Assembly: GCF_001949145.1 (NCBI RefSeq)
Contig: NW_019091355.1
Span: 367,720 to 431,719, forward strand
Direction of reading: 5' to 3'
Length of the DNA: 64,000 nt
From: Acanthaster planci
Taxonomy: Eukaryota
Position numbers and translations under genes: made by a program. Numbering within the stretch: position 1 is the stretch's first letter; the number at the start of each line of letters is the position of its first letter. Below the pieces are notes generated by a model. It ran no database searches, was not told where the DNA came from, and saw only the letters and a list, made by a program, of their open reading frames with translations. Shown here one piece after another: positions 51,011 through 64,000 of this stretch.

Positions 51011-54000
51011 ATTGTTTTACAATCTGTTTTCGTGAGGCCGAATGCATGTACATGTATGTACTTTTGTCATTTCCTGTAGCTTCCATTCATTATCATAAAA
51101 GGCACAAGCCTTTCTTTCATCTTTCACTGTCCATGAACTGGTGTTTGATAATCCCATAACTGGGATCCAGCTTACCAGATATCAACAGTCAGGTTCATTT
51201 GAAGATGGGTATCGCCACCTTTTCCTAACTTTTTTCCTAACGGTTGAGTAATACAGTAAAGGAATCCCTTTACACGTAGTTCCCCATACATGTAGTCAGG
51301 CACTCTTTTTCTGATGATGCCACTTCTGTATTATACATTTACATCTCGGAACTGGATAAACGAGGTGGTCTTATGTCCTGTGCACATGTACAAGCTGAAA
51401 AAGCTTTAAACAGTAAAAAGTGCACGGACAAGTTTATTTCAGTGTTGGCAGCGGCCGGCATTACGCGTGCATGTAGTCGCAATGGACATCGCGCATTATA
51501 TGTGCATCATTTCCAGAAAAAAAGTGAGGGTAGAGAAAAAAAGCCATGTTACCGCACCACTTTTGGAGTCAGCTCCTGGCCAGAGCCAGAGACTTTTTTT
51601 TGGCCAAAGGTACTGGAAAAATGTGACATTAGTTCATAAGGGTACATGCAAGTTTTCACCATCAAACATTGTTTTCAATTTGCTTTGCAACAGAAAATAA
51701 ATCTTTCTGTGTGTAAATTGACTATCATTCATTTGATTAAAAAACCAGTACCATTGCAAACCTTTAACAAGTCCAAAAGCAAGAACGAGGATGAACGTTT
51801 AGCAGTGTACTTTCAGCATAATGTTTGTGTGCAAGATCTGGTGCATGCTAGATGAACAGTAGTGGAAGTTCCGCATAATCCAGAGAAATGAAAATGATCA
51901 CTTTGAGTAGATCGTGCAGGGTAAAAATAACATCTCAATACATGAACATGTACATGGTTTCAGTACAGACAACCCCCATGGTTGGCAACTGCTTCAGCTG
52001 ACATGCTGTTTGAACACCCTAAGAACAGCCTAAGTAAATGCAAACCCTACAGTCTAATAACTAGACAACATGAACATGGTTTATACAGAATCCTGTGTAG
52101 CAATAAGGAGGTCCCAAGCTTTGGTATCCCCCCATGGCACAAGGCTACTTATTACAAGTACATGTGGGACATTCTTACAAAAGGTTTTGAATAAGAAGTA
52201 CAAAAAGTTTGGCCAAAAATGAATTAGCCAATTTTTTTGAGTTACTTTAAATAAGCCAGCTGAGGTTTCCTTGCTGTCAGCATGCACTGGTAACTTGTGG
52301 TAACCTTAACCGAATACATGTACATAATGTAGTCAGTCTGAGATTAAAACCTTAACCCCTAGGTGTATGTAAAATCATATTGAAACTGGAGGATTTTGGT
52401 CTGTTAGGGTTAATGCATAGGTCTAATGGGAAAACTACATTTACATGTATACAATATTTAGAATGATTGGAAAAATCAGTGGCCATGTGTCACAAAAATA
52501 GATGTATCTAATCACTTGGATGTTCTGGATAAAACTTATGCCGGTTCCAAATAATTTGTATAATACTTGAGCGACGTACTGCAGAACACTTGTGTGGGAA
52601 GACACACCCTGATCCCTCTTCACTTTGAACAAAACTAATACATTTGTTGATGAAGTCCTGCCTTAGAAAAAGCTCCCACCCACAGTAAAAATGTATGTTC
52701 TTTGGGCAAAGCCAACTGCTACATTTAGTTTAGCAAAGCAGTTAACACACATGAAATCCTTCAATGCACTAGTTCACCAAAATTAGCCTCCGCTTCATGA
52801 TTAATGTACCTCAGTAATTGTGATCCGAGCTTCTAAGTTTTCATGGCAAAAGGGGCAAGGTAGCACTCTTAAGTGCTCGTTATCACATTTCAACCTTCAG
52901 GCTACTGCTTTATTTTTATAGTGAAAGAGCTCACTTTTTCATTGCACCATCTATCAGCAAGTGGGCTTAGAAGGAATCATCTGATGACAAGAGTTGTGTG
53001 CAATGGATGCTGAACAGTTTGGCCCCCCCGCAAAGGTCTTTGCCACATGTATTATGCACCCACATATGAAAACCCCATCATAGAGACAAACTTCATCTCT
53101 CGGAGCACTAAGTCAATGTAGTCATTATATAAGACAAAAGAACTTCAAAGTCAGTTATTCAATCAGAAAGAGGGGCTTCTGGATAGTTACGTACACATGT
53201 AATCTGCAGGACTGCTTGGTTGTGGTCAGAGATTTTCGATTCTTTCCCAGGCTGTGGTGGTGGAAAGATGGAATGCAGACTGAAGTTAGAGCCTTCCTTT
53301 CCCAGCCAACCTCTCCATTCTTTTTTCTTAGAAGAGTGCGATACTTTTGAAAAACTTTATGTCACGTGCACATTTCCATCATCTTCCAAGACACTCCCCT
53401 TCGCTGTTTAAATTTTAGAGATAAAGATGATTTCCGGGATTAAATCATTTCCCATCCAGACAAGTTTTCTCCACTCATCTAAATCAAACTCCTTACTCCA
53501 TTGCTTTTGATTAGAAGTGTTGCAACTGCACATGACAGTGAATTGCTGGCCATATCACCAGGGAACTAGTTGATGGAGCTCCTCATGCCATGCTTGGTAA
53601 CTGTATACACTGTAAACGCAGCCTCTAGATGGTTTCCATGCATGTACTGGGTGCCCAGTAAACCCTACAGTCGACACACTGAGCCTGCTGGTTGCAAACA
53701 TGCTGTCAACAACACTCCACTTTCTTCCAAATCATATGCCATGTCCAGTCCCACAATTTGTCTGTGCCTGGGAAGATTTCATTTTCTCCCTACACACTGC
53801 GCTCCTCCAGTGTTATGTTACAAGTACATGTATATGCGTATATGACTATAAAAAGGAACAAAAGACCAGATATCTTCAGGTTGATATTTGGTGTAAATGA
53901 AGGAAGTTGTATGCTGAGCTTGTATGTCATAAGCTTGGCATAACTTGAGATTACTGGAACTTCCTTTATCCATAACCTTTCGAGTTGAAGGTAACTGTGC

Positions 54001-57000
54001 AGTTATTCTCTGCTACCCCCAGAACTGTGGGACACCGATTCCTACTGGGGGTAGTTTTCTACTGTGCATATGGGTTATTTCAGAAAAATCTTTCCACAAC
54101 GAGAAACGGTGGTCCAAGCACGGAGGTACCTCAGCTCCTCGGGCCAGTATACTTTGGACGAATACGCACAGTCATCACATTCCACTCCAGCATGTGCCCG
54201 GCCCACCACCGCAAGAAGACCACGGCTTTTCCACGGTGAGCCATTCGATTGCGAGGTCGTTTTCGCCGTGGGCTGTCAGTGGCCGCGTGAGTGACTTGGG
54301 GAAACTTTTTTTGCGAGAATTCGACGAAATTCAGTCTTTTATACTTACACAACAGCTGTCTCGTATGTTCCACCGTTCACTTCGTATTGGGTTCGGTCTA
54401 GGCAAAATTTACACTCACCTTCAGCTTGTAGCCTCGAACTTCGCGATCTACACACACAAACTTGATAGAGGCATGCAATCATGATCAAACATGAGCAACT
54501 GACCCTTTTCTGGCTTCCAATGTCATCTTACCTTTAAAGTGGGATCTCAGTTAGCCGTTTTACACTTAACAGACGGTAATGGCATGCTGAGTTTAGGGGT
54601 GGAAGTCATGGAGATTTCTTGGAGGATTTGTGCATCGTGCGGATGCGTTCCCACCAGGTAGCTATTCATAGGCTGACAATAGAATGTACATGTATGTAAA
54701 GGTAACGACGCCGTATGTTGATGGCCTAACGCAGGTACAATGTACACTGCAGACTGTATACAAACTCATCCATCCGCGAACGCCAGTGTATAAAAAAGCC
54801 CGCCAGAACGCGTGGCGATATGCCAAGGAGTCAGACAACTCATTATTTAAACCAACCAGCGCGCGTAAACGCAAACGGTCCCTCCCGCGCCCTGTACTGT
54901 TCCATTTGTTAATGGGGGTGTTTCCGTAACGGTGTTGAATAATCCCCTGATACTGCAACCGTATGTCGGCATGGAAGTACTGTACTTTGGTCTGGCGCCA
55001 GAACAGTAGTGTACATGTAAGTACATGCGGGTATGACAAAATAAGAATACATGTATCCTGTTTAATTTAACCTAGACATCTAGGACGGGCACCGTGTTGG
55101 AAAATGAAAATGCACACAATAAAGGTTAGAATACGCCAATAGTTCTTTCCGTGACTGGCCATGGCGGTAAGGGTTCGTCGACGTACAGATCCATTCACTG
55201 GAAGAAATTAAGGAAACCGGTCTTGGGTCGCGCCGCGGAAAACTTTACGTCTTTGGCTGAGAATTTCGGGACCTGTGAGTTTTATTTTTGGCCCTGCATG
55301 TATATATTCAATATTCACTATTTATATTTGGGTTTGATTAGATTGTCCAGATTGGAATTGAATTTAATTCGCATCTCAAAGTCCTTTTTAATAGCTCCCC
55401 GGTCTTACTACCACTCCACGCTAGCTAGCTCCAGCACAGTGAGCGGACGTACATGTACTTATAATTATTTACGAGCCTGTTGAGAGCCGCCATTCCAGAA
55501 ACCCTAGGGGTGCACCAAGTTTGGAGCCCCATGGCAGGCAACTGAAGTCCCTGAGGCCTCTCAAACAAAAAACAATGTGTTGTTTGGTCCTTCAGATTTC
55601 ATTTGATTTTCAATTTTTAGTAGGTTAACTGATGATTTTTTTTTAATTATCCGCCCAAAACAAACTCATCCCCCCCCAAAAGTGAATGTTGCCAAGCCCC
55701 CCCCCCCAGCCGCCATTTTTCAAATGACATCCCTCACCGTCTGCGGGCTCTTCTGACTAATTTCAATCCCATTTTTATCTGCTTTGCCCCCAGATGGGTG
55801 CCCCTGAATCTACAGAGATGATCCTGGGCCATACTGGCACAATCCCACCATTTCTTGGCCCAAACAGACTCCTCTTTTCGAAACAATCTCTGGCGGTACA
55901 GCGCCTCAGCCTGGCGCAGAATTTTCCTTGAACTGGGACACTGCACCCCCGAGGCTGAAAGGGGTGAAGTTCATTCCCCCCTGTTCTTCAACATTGAACT
56001 GCCTTCGTCCCGTAAACACTCACCCTTTCTCAAACGAAATTTAGACTTTTGATCTCTTTCAAGTCCAACAAAACGTGGATGGTTCCGTATAAGGGGTATG
56101 ATTTTTTATTCAAAATGTTTTAAGTTCTCATACAGGTCTACACATCGAGTTACAAAAAAGTTCTCTCCTGCGAGGTGCACGTTCACAATTACATGTATTT
56201 ACAACCAAATGATTACCATCATTACGGCGCTCTTTGACGAGGGTTCATGTGGACCAAACACAAAAGATTTTACCCAAACCAGTAGCGCCCTCCTATTGTG
56301 TCCGCCCTGCTTCTAAAAGGTTAACAGGTAAAGGCCTAATGTTTTTTAATTCCTTTTTGAAACCCTTTCCGCATAATTCGCAATTTACATGACGATTATA
56401 CAACTACATATACATGTTTTCCTAACTACAGCTTTGTTGTAAATAGAGTTCTGAATGAACTCCAAGTTGTTTCACTTGATACGCTATAGTATGTAAAATT
56501 TTTGAACTGTGTTATTAAAATAAAGGCCTAGCTAATACATGTTTGCATAATTACAAATGTACATCAGAATAATATTAATGAATCTATAGCGAACTCCTTT
56601 GTACTGTACACTGATGTAAACCAAAGACGATCAACTTTTCAAAGGTAAAATTCACACACATTTCTTCCACACCATGCTGTAGAGCACGAAAAGACATATA
56701 CGTAAAAACGAGATTTTTGGTCCATCAGTATTTGATCCTTCAACTTCCACCAGTAAAGGCCGATCAATGTTTATAAGTTTTGGGGTATGCCCAATCCACA
56801 ACGAAAGCACTTTTCAATTTGAACCTTTTGCTGGTGCTTTAGTAGTACTTGCATAATTAATGCGGAATAAAGCACATCCTTTCTTTTTTCTTTTTATTTT
56901 GAACCAAAAATTAAACATGGATTCACAGCTACCAGAGAAATTCTCAGGCACTTAACCAGTAATTGTCCTTTTTGCCAGCATAGGCCGGTATAAGACCTAA

Positions 57001-57903
57001 TCAACATTCAAGTGAAAGTACGAATTGAAATCAATTTATGTCCGAAGTTTAAAGTGGGTTTCTAAGTCATCCCTTGAATACATTTCAAACAAGTTCGAAC
57101 AAACGCTTTCAAAAAGGGCTCATGAATAACCATTACTGCTGTCCATTTATACATTACATTGGTTGTTCAAATATGTCCACAATACATGTTTTTAAACAAA
57201 ATTACATGTATGCATTTTAATAAAGAGGTTGTTTACGGAAGCTGATAAAACAACTGGCGTTATTTACATTTATTAAACTTAGTTTGCTCTTGTTTGCTTT
57301 TGTTGTTTATACCCAATGATTTTAAGTTTAAAAAATTACTTTTTCAAGGACATTTGCTGAAACGCCAACTTTTCGCATCTGGTATGCTACCCAGCACTGC
57401 TCTAGTTACTGGGACAATAGATCTCAGAATAGTTCCCCAAAACAGTAATCATTCAATACATGAACGTCTATATAAGGGAAAAGTGCTCCTCACTCACCTG
57501 AGCAAACGGGTGAGCACTATTATTTCTTACTTTTCCTCTGCATTAACAATCATCAGTCCTCCACAGTTTTCCTATACTTTATATCTATATAGAGATCGGT
57601 CACGTGGCTCAATGTGCATAGAGTCCAACAGCATAGGTTTAGGCCCTATTTATTTCTACGCTCTACTTACGCGGCAAAGCTAAATTTGTACATGTATAGG
57701 CCTAATGTCAAACGCAGTAAGAAAGCCAAGCATTCAGCGTGCAACCTATCCACAACCACGCTACACAGTAAGTGAAAATATAAACGTGAAAAGGCAATAC
57801 AATGGCGGCATTGTTAATCCAAGCACATTTCTGTGGCACAGCCCCGGTTAAAAAAGCAGAAAAAAGATTTAAATTAATTAGCATATACATGTACACTAAA
57901 GTT

Positions 57904-58074
57904 ATACGGCCATTTCACAATAGTGCGCCTCCAAGAGTTTGCAACGCGTTGGTCAATCACAATGCGCGAAATCTGACGACCCAATGCGTGTTTGGAAAGG
58001 GTCGACAGATTTGCGCACTGTGATTAGCCAACGCGTTTCAAACTCTTGGAGGCGCACTGTTGTGGCGCCCGTAT
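57904..58074. mobile_element. Palindromic ~170-bp MITE (family shared with 10256-10429)
   Basis: CACAATAGTGCGCCTCCAAGAGTTTGCAACGCGTTGG pairs with CCAACGCGTTTCAAACTCTTGGAGGCGCACTGTTGTG; the whole element folds back on itself. Confidence 0.85.
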
Positions 58075-58194
58075 TCAAACGTTGAACATCAATCTTGAAC
58101 TCTTTGAACACTAATGTTATAAACATTCAAAATACCAAAAAAAAAAAAAAAAAATCCTCGCGGTGAAACTAAGCCCAGACTGTCACTTATTACT

Positions 58195-59187
58195 CTAATA
58201 CTCATAGATACTTCGGCGGCGTCGAACCTTTCTGAGCAATCCCTCGTCATAGAACTTAGTGATTTCTTCGGTTATGATTTTCTCTGGAAGTGGGGAGGAT
58301 GCCGGTGAGATTGGAGGAGTCAGTGTTCCAGAACTCATAGCAGGCGCCAGCTGAGGCTCTGAGACAAGACGCGTTGAAGACTGTTCAGCGTCATCCGGGT
58401 TATCCCCATTCAGGCTCTTCTCATCAAAAATCTCCCTGTTCATCAGCCTTAACATTGCCATAGGCTTGCCACCAGATCGCGCTGGTAAACGTACTGGGAT
58501 TGATGTGGGAGCTGGCGAGACTGGAGAAGTTGGGGTTTCAGACCGAGAATACAGAGAGTCTTCAGCCATAGATGGGTGTTCCTCATCAAGACTCTCTTTA
58601 TATGATGATGAAAAATGTCGGCATTCCTGATCCTGAATGCTGCCAGACGGCCTTAAAGGCAGTGGGAGGGATTTGGGTGCAGGTGGGACTGGAGAAGTTG
58701 GGGCTCCAGAGCCAGAAGAAGGCACCTGCAGAAGATCTGGTGCATCCGTCGGCAGACTTATTACAGAATCTTCTCCTTGGAAGAGCTGACCTATATCCAG
58801 GCTGTCCTCATCAAGTAAAGTAAAATACTCCTGCACTTGCATATCTGCACTTTCCAACAGATTACCACCAGAGGACACTGGGGTTGCTGGAGGGAATGCC
58901 CCAGAGATTGGGGGAGATGAAATTCCAGATATTTCTGGGGTCACGGGCAGAATTTCAGGACCCTGGATCGCTGGTGCACTGGTACTCGTCATGAGTTCAT
59001 CCAGGTTACTAGTCAGGTGATGTTTTTTACAGTGGCGTCGGAGGTTGTCTTTTCTCCTAACCCTTGTAGAGCAAAGTGGGCAGGGGAAGCCTTCTTGGGC
59101 TTTCCCGTGAGTGTCTTTATCGTGTCGGATGAGGCTCCGCTTATGCCCAAAAGCCTTCGTACACTTCTGGCACTTGAACTGGCGCAT
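58195..59187 (-). CDS. Two-finger C2H2 zinc-finger protein, 330 aa, intronless CDS
   Basis: Fingers FKCQKCTKAFGHKRSLIRHDKDTH and FPCPLCSTRVRRKDNLRRHCKKHH at the N-terminus, then a Pro/Ser/acidic region and a basic RKVRRRR C-terminus. Splice acceptor TTTTAG at ~59211 just upstream of the ATG. Confidence 0.8.
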   Translation of the reverse strand: MRQFKCQKCTKAFGHKRSLIRHDKDTHGKAQEGFPCPLCSTRVRRKDNLRRHCKKHHLTSNLDELMTSTSAPAIQGPEILPVTPEISGISSPPISGAFPPATPVSSGGNLLESADMQVQEYFTLLDEDSLDIGQLFQGEDSVISLPTDAPDLLQVPSSGSGAPTSPVPPAPKSLPLPLRPSGSIQDQECRHFSSSYKESLDEEHPSMAEDSLYSRSETPTSPVSPAPTSIPVRLPARSGGKPMAMLRLMNREIFDEKSLNGDNPDDAEQSSTRLVSEPQLAPAMSSGTLTPPISPASSPLPEKIITEEITKFYDEGLLRKVRRRRSIYEY

Positions 59188-59664
59188 CTTCTGAGGCTTG
59201 CATGACAGTTCTAAAACAAAAGAAACACGTCCATTTATTAAACCGTTTCAAGTATACGAATACACTTGCGACACCTTGCTGGGAACCTTTCTGGATTCTT
59301 TCTCAGTTTGTCCAATAGCAACGATGCAAACTCTGTGTCTGTGATAAGAACAAAAAAGTCTTCTTCATCATCCAATATGCAGCAAGAAACTTTTCAGGAG
59401 TTTCAGTCAACTCTTCCTACGTGCTGTCAACCTTTATCCAAGCAAACCGGCGCAGGTCTCGATCAGAACTTTGGAAACCCTCTCACGCAGTAGTTTCCTG
59501 CACTAATGAAGTATACCTGTGGTATACCTAATACCTGTAGTATTTCTTATTACTTACACAAAACATAATTATACTGACGATATCGCCTCTTGGATAAGCA
59601 TCGCCAACTCAGCAATGAAATAATCTACAATACCCAATAGACGGTAAATGGGTTCTAAACATTA

Positions 59665-60510
59665 ACGGAAAGCGCCTCCACGTCAAAGGTATAGCGTTGT
59701 CGATCCAACAGTGAAATAGTATGCAATTCTGATTAGGCAATAATGACCAATCTAAAGTGGATAACACACTAAGGAATAGCGCCTCCACAACTAAGGCATA
59801 GCGCCTCTCGGAGGTGTATTTGCCAGTTCAATAACCACATAATTTTATTCTGCGTTACTGTATAGGCAGCATGGATACCATTCTATGTACATTGTATGTC
59901 GCATCAAAAAGCGGATCACACACAAACAAATAGCGCCTCCACACCAACAATAGCGCCTCTCAGAGGTGCATGTTCCGCTACATGTATAAGATAATTGATA
60001 CTGAACACTTCGTTTGGATGACCATTTTATGGACGAATTGAAGAGCAGATGATCAATGCACTTTAAAGGATAGCGCCCGCCATCGACAGCGCCTCTATCG
60101 ATAGCGCCTCTCGGAGGCGCATGTTCTATTGATACAGAATACACAACATGAATGACCATTATAAGCACGCATCAAAGGGCAGATGATCACGCACTCACGT
60201 TTAGCGCCGGCCCCACACCAACTATAGCGGCGCCTCCGGAGGTGCATTGCCAGTTCAACAATAACTTTTGATTATCGACAGCATGGATAACCACTATGCA
60301 CGCATCGAAAAGCGGTTACACGTTATTGAATAGCGCCTCTGCACCATAGATATGGTTACGGAGGTGCATGAAATTAACTATAAAATGTACAAGACTGAAT
60401 AGGCACCCAATGAATTTCATGGAAAAAGAACCATTCTCTGCGGGTGTCAAAAAGCAAATCCCACACAATAAATAACGCCTCCGCGCGCCTCTTGGGGGTG
60501 CATTTGTCAG
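59665..60510. repeat. Diverged tandem array (~120-155-bp units), each with TAGCGCCTC motifs and a GCGCCTC-N-GAGGYGC palindrome
   Basis: Palindromes at 59801, 59953, 60104, 60230 and 60485; shared spacer segments such as GCATCAAAAAGCGG, GCAGATGATCA, GCATGGATA and CAGTTCAA. Confidence 0.8.
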
Positions 60511-63489
60511 CTCAACAATGAAGTTATCTAAATACTGTACACATACGGCTATATGAACGTTTCTAAATATTTTATTTAGTCAGAAAAATAACTCAAAACA
60601 ATTATGTTCATCAGTTTAACTTTTTGGAACCCCCCTCTGGCAATAAAGATCCTTAACCGTTTTCAAATGAATTACTGAAAACCACTAATTTACCCTTCTG
60701 TCATTGGTATTAACGGGACATTAACACGCTAGCTACATTATTCCATGTTCCATGAACGCCAGCGTGATATCAAATTAAATTTTATCTTCAAGCAAACTCC
60801 TTCAAGCAAACTCGAGAAGAATTGAGAATTCACGATTGCCTGAAGATGACAGAATTTATCTCAAAACATCTTTAATTAAAAAATGCACTGACCTTAATTT
60901 GAAACAATCATCCGACACCTAACGGTAACACCAGGAATGTAACTCTCCAAAACAGACACCGCAAGACAGCACGCTTTCGCCTGGCGGCCGAACCGTCGAT
61001 CGAACTCCGCGTTCCGAGGTTCACAATGCGCAACTAGCTCTATTCTCCAAAAGGTAGTTTTCCTTGCTTGGGAGCTCAGCCGTTCTGCAAGCTACATGGG
61101 TGTATGGTCCAACTATACCTACCGAATAACAACCTTTCAACCAATCAGCTGGCGCTTTAAATACGCCCACTTTACCTCCCCGCACATGCCATTTAGTTTT
61201 AGGGGGGAAGTTTGATTACGTAGGGCCTACACTATTACCATGTTAGAAATCTTCAATAAGTCAGACACAATAAGTATACAAAGTAGATTTGGAAGATTCA
61301 GCATTTTCTGAACTGTGATATCAATGAAATGCGACTTTCTGGAGGTTTTGTCGCCTAGAAAATATCACGTGACGAACCAAAGTGAGTACGTGTTTTTGGT
61401 GATCAGGATGGAAATCCCCAATCCGATATACATGTACATGTACATGTAGCTGGTTACAAAACGGGTACATTACCCCCCCCCCCCACCGTGGAGCAATCGC
61501 CCGCAGAGACCCTAAAATCGAGCATGCGTGAACAGGTGCTGTTGTCTGTTTCCGGGACCACCATAGAACTTGATTCATGTGTTTGGGCGGGACGAACGGA
61601 CCTTGACGTCAGCACAATACAATACTGTGTAGACCCCAGTAATAACACAATGACAACTTGAGCCAATCAGCGTCCCAAGTAAACACACCGTCAGTGATCC
61701 TGTGCTGAAGACTGTACGATTAGCCCAAGTTTTTGAAGGGGAGTTGACAAAAAGAGGAAATCCCCGCCAGTCTCACGTATTTCAACATCAACGGCATTAC
61801 ATCCGGGGCAAGCTCTGCTGATCGAAGTGAAGAATTTTACTTTAATGCAACATGAACATTGTTGTGCTCTATGTACTGTTAAGTATGTTTAATTTATGTT
61901 CTTGTCATTACAATAAGCATATTAACACATTCATTTTGGAACTTAAATTCTGCTAATCATTCTTGTAATTTGTATTTCTACCACATCATCTAGAGTATAC
62001 ATGTACATTGTAAATGTCCGATGTAAGTGAAAAGCACCACCAGCCTGCGCCTGCAGCTCAGCCAAGTATAAGTCTTAGCATTGAGGTCTTGAGCACGCGG
62101 CCCGTTCCTGCAAGACCGTGGCGTCACCGCAACAGTCATCAAATTATTAAAAACAAAAACAAAAAAAAAACACGAAGAGCACTACTCACTATTGATACCG
62201 CATTCTGCTTCTACCAAGGAAATTTCTTGTTTCCATTGGTTCGTCACTGTTTTAACTCCTGATATATCGTGTTCCTGTTTTATCTAGGTAATCTGCAAAG
62301 ACGCAGGACCTCTTGTTTCGATTGTAGACGAAGCTGAAGTGTTATCGAAACCTTTCACACACAAGTTATCTGCCAAACAGATACTAACATTAGTACATGA
62401 TATACTTCTTATCAAGTTTCTGCATGACATTTATTCATGTCGGTTTGACTTCCTGTACACTTTTATTAAGACTAAAAACAAAAAACAAGGGAGACAACTA
62501 CTCAAAAACAAACTCAAATGCTCATAAATTATTTACAACAGGCGAAACCCCAGTATTTCGGCATGACCTAGTCACAATATCATGCGGTGTTATATTCCAC
62601 GCATATTTTTGTAATTATTTACATCACAAATTTATCAAAATTAGGGAAAATTGATGTAAGAGGCCCACAAGACTACAGGCAGCCTAACTGGATTCCCTTT
62701 CATCAGTGTATTTTTATTAGAAAATTATTTTCAAATTACAAATCATATTTGTAAATGTTTGTGGAGGAAGAAATACGAATGAGACCGTATTAAGTTACTT
62801 GAAAAGTTACGGCTGGGACTTGGATGGTTTTTGCTGTAACTTCTAAGTTGCTTTCCCATTTTGATGTTTCACTTAATGCATTAACACTAATTTTCTAAAA
62901 AAATAATAGTTTTTAGTATCAATACAAGTTTTATCATTACATCAGGTTCAATACATGTATCTGCAAAGTGAAACGCAGCTCTATAAATCCAATGTAGCTC
63001 TTTTTACATGTTTCGGAAACAAGAAAACTTTCTGACAAACTTTTATGACAGAAAATTATGAAACCATGGGAGATAAAATGTTCCCAAAATTCAGATATAA
63101 TTTCATGTACTTGACCATTCTTTTTACAGTGCTTGAAAATATGAAACACAGGATACTCAAATAATAAAGTAAAATTTATCAATAAACTGAGAATCTGCAA
63201 AAAGTAATTAGCAGATTAAATACAAGCATTCTTCTTTTCACTGTGACCGTGAACGACAGTAGTATGGGATATATCTGAATGCTCGTATCCTTTGATAAAA
63301 TCCCCCTTCTCATGGCCACCAAGTCATTACCAAGTAGAAAACCAGTGAGCAAAGTAACTGAAATAAATCCAGAGTTCCTCCCCCCCTTCCTGACAACTCG
63401 GCCTCTCATTCCTGCCCCTGAACCCTGATTACATTTGTTTTTATTTACATAAGCAGTATCCAGTTTGTTTGAACTGTATGTTGCAAAAC

Positions 63490-63741
63490 TTAAGGCCTGA
63501 ACAACTCTATCTTTGCCATTTGGTAGATGGTGTCGCAGAATGCGATGTAGTTGATGTCATCCTTTCCTCCTACCTTGACATCAAATTTCTTGTAGAGCAC
63601 CTGAAATTCAGTCTCATTAACCAGTGAGCCCAGCTCTAGCTCGCTCAGGACTCGACGGAACTGGGACTGTGACACAGTGCCATTGTGCACACGATCATAG
63701 TCCTCAAACAATGTATACATCTGCATGTTGGACTTTCTCAC
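63490..63741 (-). CDS. Last coding exon of an EF-hand calcium-binding protein (gene continues beyond the window)
   Basis: Acceptor TTTTCAG at 63742; translation VRKSNMQMYTLFEDYDRVHNGTVSQSQFRRVLSELELG...LYKKFDVKVGGKDDINYIAFCDTIY...FRP* contains an EF-hand pair (DYDRVHNGTVSQSQF loop plus a degenerate second loop). Confidence 0.85.
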   Translation of the reverse strand: MRKSNMQMYTLFEDYDRVHNGTVSQSQFRRVLSELELGSLVNETEFQVLYKKFDVKVGGKDDINYIAFCDTIYQMAKIELFRP

Positions 63742-64000
63742 CTGAAAAGAATGAGACGTTCACAGTAATGTCAATTTTAAGGCAAGATTCATGGAAATGT
63801 GATACACAGAAAATGATTCAAATGTGGAACTAGGATGAAAACAACTCATAGTTTTAGCAAAACAAAAATCATAATGATGAACGTATTCCACCGAATGACA
63901 AGTTTTGAGAAACTTAAAACTAAATGAAGTTCTTCATCAATGTGCATAGTACTTCATTTGCTGGATTGACACTGTAGCATTGAACTCAGCTTCGCGGTAA

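Noticed and set aside
58136..58153. Poly(A) run as a retrogene tail of the C2H2 gene
   Set aside because: The run is on the plus strand, so it is poly(T) in the gene's sense; wrong orientation for a retrocopy tail.
59665..60510. CRISPR-like array
   Set aside because: Eukaryotic context, degenerate repeats, spacers homologous to each other and no cas genes.

Overview
Animal (metazoan invertebrate-like) genomic DNA with GT-AG introns, frequent TACATGTA motifs and one assembly gap (18555-19307). Seven protein-coding loci can be read from the sequence. (1) 5' part of a DEG/ENaC-family channel (minus, truncated by the window start). (2) Complete 17-exon SEC24C/D COPII gene (plus). (3) 4-exon single-LIM CRIP/muscle-LIM gene (minus). 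(4) 9-exon ZDHHC6 palmitoyltransferase (plus), divergent from the LIM gene. (5) A ~1680-aa DUF3715 (TEX15/TASOR-type pseudo-PARP) protein with a giant exon (minus). (6) An intronless two-finger C2H2 ORF preceded by a palindrome-bearing tandem array. (7) Last exon of an EF-hand protein (minus). Several MITEs, a tRNA-derived SINE-like repeat, a near-perfect 35-bp hairpin and a ~210-bp tandem repeat spanning the gap are also present. The most notable candidate is the TEX15-like protein, which combines DUF3715, three DPR motifs and an RS region. Exon models were assembled by eye from splice signals and phase; family assignments are from remembered motifs, not database searches.
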